From an uncultured bacterium (lineage in GTDB: Bacteria; Gemmatimonadota; Gemmatimonadetes; Gemmatimonadales; Gemmatimonadaceae): a DNA stretch of 64,000 nucleotides. Of the stretch, positions 40,236 through 48,700 are shown in pieces (positions within the stretch are counted from its first letter, which is position 1; every line of letters begins with the position of its first letter). The stretch covers positions 1 to 64,000 of the forward strand of contig CAXBQP010000003.1 of NCBI GenBank assembly GCA_963978095.1, in the 5' to 3' direction. A model generated the notes under the pieces. It was not told where the DNA came from, did not search any database, and saw nothing but the letters and a program-made list of their open reading frames with translations. A program made the translations under genes and the position numbers.

Positions 40236-40790
40236 ATGACACCTACCGAACGCCTGCTCTCGATGCTCGCCGAACGCTCGGCGAAGCGTGGCAACTTCAC
40301 CCTCGCCTCCGGTCGACAGTCGACACTGTACATCGACTGCCGACTCACGACCATGAGCCCGGATGGACTCGCGACCATCGGACCCTTGGGGCTCGCGGCA
40401 GTCCGTGACGCGGGATGGTCCCCTGATGCCGTGGGTGGGCTCACCCTGGGCGCCGACCCCGTGTCGTACGCGATTGCCCACGCCAGTGCACTCGCCGGAA
40501 CCCCGGTGCGCGCCTTCACTGTGCGGAAGGAAGCGAAAACACACGGGACTGGCAAGCTCATCGAGGGACCCTACCGCAGTGGCGATCGCGTGGTGGTGAT
40601 CGAGGACGTCATCACCACCGGCGGCTCGGCGCTCAAGGCCGTGGAGGCCGTGCGTGCCGCGGGCGGCACCGTGCTGGGGGTGCTCGCCGTGGTCGACCGA
40701 GAAGAGGGAGGGGTGGAAGCCATCCGCGCCGCGGGCGTGGAGTCCATTGCACTCGCACGGGCGTCGGAGATCGTCGCGCGGATGGCGTGA
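40236..40790 (+). CDS. pyrE: Orotate phosphoribosyltransferase
   Basis: FTLASG..S..YID, VRKEAKTHG, VIEDVITTGGS. Confidence 0.95.
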   Translation: MTPTERLLSMLAERSAKRGNFTLASGRQSTLYIDCRLTTMSPDGLATIGPLGLAAVRDAGWSPDAVGGLTLGADPVSYAIAHASALAGTPVRAFTVRKEAKTHGTGKLIEGPYRSGDRVVVIEDVITTGGSALKAVEAVRAAGGTVLGVLAVVDREEGGVEAIRAAGVESIALARASEIVARMA

Positions 40791-40857
40791 CCACCGCATC
40801 TCCGGCCGCTTCAGGCGGTGCCGGAGAGGTGGTGGTGTCCTGATGAACACGCCGCGG

Positions 40858-41841
40858 TCACTGCAAGAGGCGTGGAATCTTCGGCGCAAAGAGCAGGGAC
40901 GCGGCCGAGGGGGGCGTCGGGGGAGTGGTCGCAAACGGATGCACCCCTGGAGCGACCACCACGATCGGTGCTCCCGCGATGTCGGTGGCGGACCCCGGCA
41001 CCTGTCTCGCAAGGGGCCGCAGCTCGCGGAGGACGGGAAGATACGGAAGGATCAAGGTTTCCCTGAAGTGGCGCAGCATCGTCTGCCCGTCGTACCGGCG
41101 CCGGAAATCGGTCGCGTTGATCGCCAGCACGGATTTCACGTGGCGGCCGAAGCTCTGCGGCGACGAATAGTCGAGATGGTTGGCGACATCGGCGACTGAG
41201 AGCCCGGGATTCTCGAAGAGCCGCGCGGCGCGGACGAGTCGCGCGAAGGCGAGGTAGCGTTTCGGGGCGGGAAGCCGGGCGCGGAAGAATCGACTCATGA
41301 GCGTGCTCGGCAAGACGCCCAGCCGGCGCGCCAGCACCCGGATGGTCGGCGCACTGTACGATCGGGTGAAGAGGGATTCGAAGAACTTCCAGCAATCCGG
41401 GCTCGCGTCGCGCAGATCTTGCTGGAGGACGCCGAGCGCGATCCGATCCATGTCGTTGGTGACTTCGGCACCGAGCACGTCGCGAAGACGTCCCCACCCC
41501 GCGGCGTATCGCACGTCGACGAGTGTTCGAACCCCACAGTTTCCCAGTGCGAGCACCGACGCCGGGTCCGTGTCGGAGGCCGCCGACACGAGCGCCACCG
41601 TCGGAACTCTCGGAAAGTCGCGCACCACCGCCTGCATGTGTGCCGGCTCCTCACGCACGCAGCGCGCGACGGACACGATCACCGCACTGATGCGCCGCTC
41701 TTTGAGATCTCGCCGCACCTCGTCCAGTGATTCACGGTGGAGTGTGCGGTACAGTCCCGCGCCCGCCGCATCGACACTGCGTCGTTCGGATGGATCCAGC
41801 ACCGTCGCAACAGGGGGAAGTCGATCGGTCGATGTCGTCAC
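40858..41841 (-). CDS. AraC-family transcriptional regulator
   Basis: C-terminal double HTH (LARRLGVLPSTL; SVADVANHLDYSSPQSFGRH); receiver-like alpha/beta N-terminus. Confidence 0.8.
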   Translation of the reverse strand: MTTSTDRLPPVATVLDPSERRSVDAAGAGLYRTLHRESLDEVRRDLKERRISAVIVSVARCVREEPAHMQAVVRDFPRVPTVALVSAASDTDPASVLALGNCGVRTLVDVRYAAGWGRLRDVLGAEVTNDMDRIALGVLQQDLRDASPDCWKFFESLFTRSYSAPTIRVLARRLGVLPSTLMSRFFRARLPAPKRYLAFARLVRAARLFENPGLSVADVANHLDYSSPQSFGRHVKSVLAINATDFRRRYDGQTMLRHFRETLILPYLPVLRELRPLARQVPGSATDIAGAPIVVVAPGVHPFATTPPTPPSAASLLFAPKIPRLLQ

Positions 41842-41959
41842 GTGGCCCCTCCTCGGGTTTGGTGTTCAATCGGACAGGAGAAGGGTAGGACCGCGCTGTC
41901 ATTGGCTCGTCACCGTATCGCTGGTCGCATGGTCGACAGGGACTGGCTACTATTAACCA

Positions 41960-42345
41960 GGGAGGTTTCCCTCGGCCGGACGGTCGCGACGTGGTGGCAG
42001 GAATGCCGCATCGAGGAAAGTCCGGGCTCCATGGACACGTTGCCAGGTAACGCCTGGGCGCCTCGCAAGAGGTGACGGATAGTGCCACAGAGAATCAGAC
42101 CGCCTTCGGAAACGGAGGTAAGGGTGAAAAGGTGGGGTAAGAGCCCACCGCGTTCGTGGTAACACGGACGGCACGGTAAACCCCAGCTGGAGCAAGGCCG
42201 AATAGGCGGTGAGCAGCAGTCCTCTGCGATCAAGACACCGCGGGTAGGCCGCTAGAGGGTACGGGTGACCGTACTCCGAGAGAAATGACCGTCCGGAGTC
42301 GCAAGGCTCTGACAGAACCCGGCTTATAGGCCGAGGGATTCCCCC
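41960..42345 (+). ncRNA. rnpB: RNase P RNA (bacterial type A)
   Basis: GAGGAAAGTCCGGGCTCC, AGTGCCACAGA, GGGTGAAAAGGTGGGGTAAGAGCCCACC, GGTAAACCCC..GGAGCAAG, ACAGAACCCGGCTTA; P1 TCCCTCGGCC(41968-77) pairs with GGCCGAGGGA(42329-38). Confidence 0.97.
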
Positions 42346-42360
42346 TTCCCACTTTTCTTC

Positions 42361-43251
42361 GTGTGCATGGTGCGTGACGCTGGTGCGGTTCGAGTGCTCC
42401 TGGTGGTGGCAGTTATGGTCGCGGCATGCCGGCCACCGATTCCACAGCAGGTGATCGTTCCTGAAGCACCACCTCCAGCTCCCGTTGTCGTTGCCTCTGT
42501 CACCGCCGGGCCCTGGAGTTGGACGCCGGTCCGAGAACGGCGATCCTATCTGGTCACGCAGAGCGCGCTCATCACGACGCGGCAAGACACCCTCACCCAG
42601 ATCGACAGCGTCAGCAGCGAGTTGAGCGCTGCATTCACCTCGTTCGTCACGGCGAATCGCATCAGTGGCGCCGTCACGGCGTTCCGTGTCGCGACCGGTG
42701 CACGGAACCCGTCGACGCCCGCCGGCCTCTCATTCCCGATTGCGATCGCCGCGACCGGGACACCGTCGGGATTCGGGAGTGATCTGCAGTGGAGCATGAC
42801 GACCCCGGTCGAAGGAGCGCCCTGCAGCACGACCGCGTGGACCGTGGTACAGGGGGTGCGCGATCTCTGGTTCCGCGCTCCGGAAACATTGCGCCTCGGG
42901 ACCACCTGGCGAGACAGCACCAGTTACACGAGCTGTCGTGATGGCATCCCGTTGAAACTGCACATGGAACGCACCTTCCGCGTCAGTGGCGTGATCGAAC
43001 GTGAGGGGCGGGCCGTACTCACCGTGTTGCGAGAGACCCTGACGACACTGTCGGGCGAGGGGACGCAGTTCGGTGAACGCGTGCAGTTCACCGGGACTGG
43101 CATGGGATCGCTCCAATTCGAACTCGAGCCGGCAAGCGGTGAACTGCTGACCGGCAGCGGAACGAGCGCGTTGGCGCTGACCATGCAAAGCCGCCTGCGC
43201 ACACAGCGTGTGCAGCAGGCGGCGGTGACAACGATTGCGCGGGAACGTTGA
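42361..43251 (+). CDS. Hypothetical beta-rich lipoprotein
   Basis: Signal with VAAC lipobox, Pro-rich linker, Thr/Ser-rich strands; no family recognised. Confidence 0.65.
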   Translation: MCMVRDAGAVRVLLVVAVMVAACRPPIPQQVIVPEAPPPAPVVVASVTAGPWSWTPVRERRSYLVTQSALITTRQDTLTQIDSVSSELSAAFTSFVTANRISGAVTAFRVATGARNPSTPAGLSFPIAIAATGTPSGFGSDLQWSMTTPVEGAPCSTTAWTVVQGVRDLWFRAPETLRLGTTWRDSTSYTSCRDGIPLKLHMERTFRVSGVIEREGRAVLTVLRETLTTLSGEGTQFGERVQFTGTGMGSLQFELEPASGELLTGSGTSALALTMQSRLRTQRVQQAAVTTIARER

Positions 43252-43271
43252 ATCCGGCGCGGCGCAGCCCG

Positions 43272-44390
43272 TCAGTCGACCAAACGCAGCGGCATGAGCA
43301 GGCAGAGATACTTCGCGGGATCCGTCCAGCCTTCGGGTTCGATGGTCGCTGCGCGATCCGGAGCCTTGAAGGTCAGGCGGATCTCGTCGGTGGGCATGTA
43401 GCGCAGGATATCGAGCAGGTACGTCCCGTTGAATCCGATGTCGAGCGGATCGCCGTTGTAGCGCACCGGCAGTTCGTCCTGCGCATCGCCCAGATCCGGC
43501 GTGCTCACCGAGAATTTGAGCATGCCCGAGTTGAAGGACAGGCGAATCCGGTGCGTCTGGTCGGAGGCGACGATCAACATGCGCTTGAGCGCGCTGGCGA
43601 ACGCGGCCTTGTCGATGGTGGCGACCTTGTCGTTGTCCTTCGGAATCACCTGATCGTACGGCGGATACGGTCCTTCGATCAGGCGCGTGAAGACCGAGGT
43701 GAACGGGGAACGGAAGCCCAGATGGTTGTCCCCCTGCGCAACCTCCAGCTCCTCTTCTGCGGGGAAGAGGCGATGAATCTGGTCCAAGGCCTTCGGGGGG
43801 ATGATCAGGTCGCCCTGCGCGGCTTTGGCGGCCTTGGCTCCCACCGGAACGTCCATCTTGGCGAGCCGATGGCCATTAGTGGCAACCATCCGCATATGCT
43901 CGGCGCGAACTTCCCAAAGGACACCGTTGAGAATCGGACGGCTCTCCTCGGTGCTGACGGCGAACGAGGTATGCGAGATCAGGCGCTGCAGATCCCCCGA
44001 AGGAATGCGGAGCGCCTTCTCAAAGGCAACAGCGGGGAAGCTCGGAAACTCGCTCTTGGGCAATCCCAGAAGTTTGAACTTGGAACGTCCACAGTCGAGC
44101 GTGATGCGCTGATCGCCCGTTGCGGAGATCTTCACCGATGCTGGCGGAAGCTCGCGGGCGATTTCCGCCAACTTGCGTGCCGGGATTGTGATGGCGCCCG
44201 GGGATTCGACGTCCGCGGTGACTTCCGTGCTGACCGCGATATCCAAATCGGTGCCCGAGATACGGATGCCCTTCTCGGTGGTCTGCACGAGGAGATTTGC
44301 GAGGACCGGCAACGTCGTCTTGGACGGAACTGCCGGCGTGACCGCAGCGAGCCCTTCCTGCAACTTCTCACGCGAGATGGTAAATCGCAT
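43272..44390 (-). CDS. dnaN: DNA polymerase III beta clamp
   Basis: GTDLDI, RPILNGV, VATNGHRLA, RLIEGPYP, LLMPLR; 372 aa, downstream of dnaA. Confidence 0.97.
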   Translation of the reverse strand: MRFTISREKLQEGLAAVTPAVPSKTTLPVLANLLVQTTEKGIRISGTDLDIAVSTEVTADVESPGAITIPARKLAEIARELPPASVKISATGDQRITLDCGRSKFKLLGLPKSEFPSFPAVAFEKALRIPSGDLQRLISHTSFAVSTEESRPILNGVLWEVRAEHMRMVATNGHRLAKMDVPVGAKAAKAAQGDLIIPPKALDQIHRLFPAEEELEVAQGDNHLGFRSPFTSVFTRLIEGPYPPYDQVIPKDNDKVATIDKAAFASALKRMLIVASDQTHRIRLSFNSGMLKFSVSTPDLGDAQDELPVRYNGDPLDIGFNGTYLLDILRYMPTDEIRLTFKAPDRAATIEPEGWTDPAKYLCLLMPLRLVD

Positions 44391-44436
44391 ACCCGACCTC
44401 TCTCCTGGATGAGGAGAATGTGGACCCCGCGCCCGG

Positions 44437-44600
44437 ACTAGTAGCTACATGAATTAGATATCTAATTCGCAGTAGTAGTAGTAAGGCGTGGATAGTTGAA
44501 AAGCAAGAGAAGTCCTTATATCACTTGGACTTCTGGGATGTCACCTGATGTGGAAACGCTGTGCAGAACGTGGGGGAGCCTGTGGGTTGTTCCCGATCCC
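44437..44600. other. oriC: Replication origin oriC (dnaA-dnaN intergenic)
   Basis: DnaA-trio run CAG-TAG-TAG-TAG-TAA (44470-84), GGC, DnaA-box-like CGTGGATAG (44487-95), TGTGGAAAC (44549-57), TGTGCAGAA (44560-68); AT-rich palindrome at 44451-68. Confidence 0.85.
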
Positions 44601-44627
44601 CAACGCTGAATGGGGGCTGGATGTTGA

Positions 44628-46016
44628 TCATTGTTCATGACGCAGAGTTTCCCTCACTTTCTCCACACGACCCCGGAACTCTGCATCGTCCTTCATCATC
44701 TCCGCTACACGCTCCAAGCTATGGATGACTGTGGAGTGGTCGCGTCCGCCGAAGGCCTGTCCGATCTCGACCAGCTGCAGTCCGAGAATCTCTCGGGCCA
44801 GATACATGGCCACCTGGCGCGGGGTGGTGAGGACCTTGGTGCGAGTCTTGGATTGCAGTCCATCAACCGTGACCCCCCATTCTGCCGCCACCCGCTGCTG
44901 CACCGCGCGCATACGATCATGGCGGGAGGAGCGCGGCGGAGCAGCATCATTTGATTTCAGCTTGTCCCGAAGTGCTTCACGGGCCAGATCGACCGTGACC
45001 ACGCGATGCTTGAGCGAGGCGTAGGCGAGCAGCTTGATGATGGAGCCTTCGAGCTCGCGCACGTTCGCGAGGACGTGATCGGCGATGAAGTGGAGGACGT
45101 CGTCGGGGATCGTGTGTTCAAGATGATCCGCCTGGGCTTTCTGGCGGAGGATCGCGATGCGGTGCTCGAGATCGGGCGGCGCGATGTCGGCGACCATTCC
45201 CCATTCGAATCGGCTGACGAGTCGCGCTTCGAGTTTTGGAATTTCAGATGGCGGGCGATCACTGGTGAGGACGATCTGCCGCCCGGCTTCATAGATGGCG
45301 TTGAACGTATGGAAGAACTCCTCCTGGGTCGCTTCCTTGCCACCGAGGAAGTGGACGTCGTCGACCAAGAGGAGATCCGTCTCGCGATAGCGGCGGCGGA
45401 AATCATGCATGGTGCGCTTCGTGATCGAGGTGACCACGTCGTTCGTGAACTGCTCGGTGGAGATGTACATCACTCGGCAGTTCGGATCGCGGGCGAGGAT
45501 ATCGTGCGCGATCGCCTGCATGAGGTGCGTTTTGCCGAGTCCTGTGGCGCCGTAGATGAAGAGCGGATTGTAGGTTTTGCCCGGAGCGGCCGCGACGGCA
45601 GAGGCGGCCGCTGCTGCGAGTTCATTGGATCGTCCGATGACGTACGAATCGAAGAGATAGCGCTCGTTCAAAGTGCTGAGAACAACGCTATTATCGCGCT
45701 GTTGTGGCGCTATGATGGCGCTTTTTTGAGGCACAAAGAGGTCCATTTGCGACCTTTTGAGCCGTTCTGCTTGGACCTTGAAAATCACCTTGATCGGGTG
45801 CCCGATGCAGGTCGGGGCGAACCCTTCGAGGAGTGCCAGGTGTTTGCTCTCGTTCCACTCGACTGACCACTGGTCCGGGGCGGTCAGGGTCAGCGCGGTG
45901 CCGTCGAAGGTATCGGGGGCCAGCGGGGTGAGCCACGTCTCGATGACATGCTCCGGGAGCTCGATCTTTGCGCGATCGAGGAGCCGAGTCCAGGCGTCGG
46001 TGGCGGAGAGTGTCAC
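44628..46016 (-). CDS. dnaA: Chromosomal replication initiator DnaA
   Basis: YNPLFIYGATGLGKTHL, LLVDDVHF, QEEFFHTFN, NVRELEG, GGRDHSTVIH. Confidence 0.98.
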   Translation of the reverse strand: MTLSATDAWTRLLDRAKIELPEHVIETWLTPLAPDTFDGTALTLTAPDQWSVEWNESKHLALLEGFAPTCIGHPIKVIFKVQAERLKRSQMDLFVPQKSAIIAPQQRDNSVVLSTLNERYLFDSYVIGRSNELAAAAASAVAAAPGKTYNPLFIYGATGLGKTHLMQAIAHDILARDPNCRVMYISTEQFTNDVVTSITKRTMHDFRRRYRETDLLLVDDVHFLGGKEATQEEFFHTFNAIYEAGRQIVLTSDRPPSEIPKLEARLVSRFEWGMVADIAPPDLEHRIAILRQKAQADHLEHTIPDDVLHFIADHVLANVRELEGSIIKLLAYASLKHRVVTVDLAREALRDKLKSNDAAPPRSSRHDRMRAVQQRVAAEWGVTVDGLQSKTRTKVLTTPRQVAMYLAREILGLQLVEIGQAFGGRDHSTVIHSLERVAEMMKDDAEFRGRVEKVRETLRHEQ

Positions 46017-46081
46017 GGGGTGTGTTGCCGGTGGCGAAGTGCGACGTGCTTGATGCAGAGGGGCAAAGAGTAGGGTTCGTA

Positions 46082-46090
46082 TGTGGATAA
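46082..46090. promoter_or_regulatory. Perfect DnaA box in the dnaA-rpmH spacer
   Basis: TGTGGATAA, the reverse complement of TTATCCACA; weaker TGAACCACA at 46191-99. Confidence 0.85.
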
Positions 46091-46237
46091 GTCAACATCG
46101 TGCTTGCAAACAAGTGAGAGGAGTTTGGGGGGTGGACTTGATGTATGTGTTTCCCACGACTAGGTTTAGCGGTCTTGGGTTCATACGACTTGAACCACAT
46201 TGTGATTCGCAGTTGAACAGCGCTTTTTGGAGCAGCT

Positions 46238-46402
46238 ATGGGGAAGCCAACTTACCGTCCGCGCAACAAGCGTCGCATCAAGACGCACGGATTCCGTACG
46301 CGGATGGCAGATAAGTGGGGACGTGAGGTGCTGAGCCGCCGTCGCAAGAAGGGGCGCAAGCGGCTGACCGTCAAACTGCCGTCGAAGTACGCCGGCGCCT
46401 GA
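46238..46402 (+). CDS. rpmH: 50S ribosomal protein L34 (not in ORF track)
   Basis: Translates [61 protein letters not shown]. Confidence 0.97.
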   Translation: MGKPTYRPRNKRRIKTHGFRTRMADKWGREVLSRRRKKGRKRLTVKLPSKYAGA

Positions 46403-46781
46403 TCGTTTCCGTTTCCCGCCGGCGTCGCGACTGACGCGGGAGGGGGAGCTCGAAGCCGTTCGTCAGAAAGGGAAGCGAGTCCGAGCCACGCACCTCGAGG
46501 TTCGGCACATCGCTTCCCTTCTGCGTCGGGTCCGGGTGGGTGTGATCGTGCCAAAGTACGGTCACAACTCGGTGGAACGGAATCTCGTGAAGCGGCGTCT
46601 TCGTACCGTGGTCCGATGCGAGCTGTTGCCGAAGCTTGAGGTCGGCGGGGCTGGGGGCGATGTCGTGGTGCGGGCACTGCCGTCCGCATACGGCGCGTCG
46701 TTCGCGGCGCTCCAACTGGAGATCGGCACGCTGGTGGCCAGACTCACTGCGGCGTCGTCCGCCACGCGTCCCACGCCGTGA
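46401..46781 (+). CDS. rnpA: RNase P protein component (start codon unresolved)
   Basis: Frame reads [26 protein letters not shown]...[22 protein letters not shown]...DVVVRA; lies between rpmH and yidD. Confidence 0.9.
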   Translation, partial: DRFRFPPASRLTREGELEAVRQKGKRVRATHLEVRHIASLLRRVRVGVIVPKYGHNSVERNLVKRRLRTVVRCELLPKLEVGGAGGDVVVRALPSAYGASFAALQLEIGTLVARLTAASSATRPTP

Positions 46782-46990
46782 TGCAGCGGTTCTTCATTCG
46801 GTGCGTTCGGGGGTACCAGCTGGTGATCTCGCCGCATCTCGCGGCATCGTGCCGTTATTATCCAACGTGTTCCCACTACGCGATCGAGGCACTGCAGAAG
46901 TACGGTGCCTGGCGTGGCGGGTGGATGGCCGCGGGGCGCATCGCCCGCTGTCACCCCTTCCGTCCCGGGGGTTATGACCCGGTTCCCTAA
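46778..46990 (+). CDS. yidD: Membrane protein insertion efficiency factor YidD
   Basis: [32 protein letters not shown]. Confidence 0.96.
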   Translation: MMQRFFIRCVRGYQLVISPHLAASCRYYPTCSHYAIEALQKYGAWRGGWMAAGRIARCHPFRPGGYDPVP

Positions 46991-47008
46991 CCTGCGCAGA
47001 CTTCGCTG

Positions 47009-48700
47009 ATGGAACGGCGTTTCTTTCTGGCTCTCGTGCTGACTGGCGTGGTGGTTGTGCTCACGCCGCGGCTTTTTCCTGCCCCGCCCAGGGCCGTCAC
47101 GGTGTCGGCGGATTCCGTGGGGGGCGCCTTGGCGCCGGCGATTCCGTCTGCTGCGAGCGCGGCGGTGGTCACGCCTGCCCCAGCGGGGGCCACCACGATG
47201 GGTGCGGCCGTCGGAACGGTACCGGCGGTCAGTGCCGCGTCCCAAGCGGTGCCCGCCGAAACCCTGACGGTCGAGACGCCGTTGGCGCGTACGGCCTATG
47301 GATCGCTCGGTGCGGCGCCGCTCTACGTGCAGGTCGACAGTTATCCCGCACTGAACGCGGCCACGGGTGGCGTGCGGATCAAACATGGCACGCAAGGACT
47401 GATCCGGTATCGGGTGATTTCGGCGACCGATACCATCCGGCTCGATGCGCTGAACTTCAGCGCGCAGCGCGGTACGGCGGCCAATGGCGACCCCACGGCG
47501 ACCTTCACCGGGACCGCGCCAAGCTCACGCGGGCCGGTGACCGCGACCATCACGTACACGATGTCGCGCGACAGTTATGTGAGCACGACGGCGGTCCGTC
47601 TGACGGGAGTGCCGGAATCGGCGTACCTGCTGGTGGACCTCCCGCGTGGTTTCGACAGCCAGGAAGCGGATTCGACCGGCGACCTGCGTGCCCTCGCCTA
47701 TGCGGTGAAGCCGATCAACAAGAGTGCCAAAGGGACCTTGTTCGCCAAGCTGGACGAAGGCGAGACGAAACTTGAGCCGGGGCCCCTGACGTGGGCCGTG
47801 GCGAAGAACAAGTATTTCCTCGTCGGCCTGCTCACCCCCGAGAAGGGGGGCGTGCCGTTCGCCGAGGTGAACATGGTCGGCGGGGCGCGCGTGAGGAAGG
47901 AGGCGCGACTCGCGCAGGCCACCGTCGTGATGCCGCTCAAGGGCGGTGCGGCGACCTTCGAACTGTTCGCCGGTCCGCAGTCGTGGGAACGGCTCCGCAA
48001 GATGGGACGCGAGTTCGAGACGGCCAATCCGTACGGCGGCTTCATGCAGCCGGTGGTGCAGCCGTTCTCGACGATCGTGATGCGGATCCTGCTCTGGATG
48101 AAGAAGGTGATCGGACTGAACTACGGCTGGGTGCTCGTCATCTTCGGCGTTTCGATCCGCATCATCCTCTGGCCGCTCAACGCCAGCGCCATGCGGGCCA
48201 GCTTGCGCATGCAGCGGTTGCAGCCGGAGCTCACGGCGGTGCAGGCCAAGTACAAGAGCGATCCGCAGAAGCAGCAGGCGGAGATCATGCGGATCTACAA
48301 GGATCATGGCATGAGCCCGCTCTCTCCGCTCTCGGGGTGCTTGCCGGCGCTGATCCCGATGCCGGTGCTCATGGCGCTCTTCTTCGTGTTCCAGAACACG
48401 ATCGAGTTCCGCGGCGTGCCGTTCCTGTGGTTGCATGACATCTCGCTGCACGATCCGCTGTACATCCTTCCGCTCATGATGGGGATCTCGATGTACGTGT
48501 TGAGCTGGATCGGATTGCGCAACATGCCGGACAACCCGCAGGCGAAGATGATGAGCTGGATGATGCCGCTCATGTTCACCTTCTTCCTCCTGCAGTCCGC
48601 GGCGGGACTCTCCCTGTATTACACCGTCCAGCAGATCGCGGCGCTCCCGCAGCAGTGGTTGATCGCGAACGAGCGGGCCAAGGCCAAGGCCACGGGCTGA
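47009..48700 (+). CDS. yidC: Membrane protein insertase YidC
   Basis: N-terminal TM, periplasmic domain, NYGW..V, LQPEL, GCLP, FLWLHDIS..DPLYILP, GLSLYY. Confidence 0.96.
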   Translation: MERRFFLALVLTGVVVVLTPRLFPAPPRAVTVSADSVGGALAPAIPSAASAAVVTPAPAGATTMGAAVGTVPAVSAASQAVPAETLTVETPLARTAYGSLGAAPLYVQVDSYPALNAATGGVRIKHGTQGLIRYRVISATDTIRLDALNFSAQRGTAANGDPTATFTGTAPSSRGPVTATITYTMSRDSYVSTTAVRLTGVPESAYLLVDLPRGFDSQEADSTGDLRALAYAVKPINKSAKGTLFAKLDEGETKLEPGPLTWAVAKNKYFLVGLLTPEKGGVPFAEVNMVGGARVRKEARLAQATVVMPLKGGAATFELFAGPQSWERLRKMGREFETANPYGGFMQPVVQPFSTIVMRILLWMKKVIGLNYGWVLVIFGVSIRIILWPLNASAMRASLRMQRLQPELTAVQAKYKSDPQKQQAEIMRIYKDHGMSPLSPLSGCLPALIPMPVLMALFFVFQNTIEFRGVPFLWLHDISLHDPLYILPLMMGISMYVLSWIGLRNMPDNPQAKMMSWMMPLMFTFFLLQSAAGLSLYYTVQQIAALPQQWLIANERAKAKATG

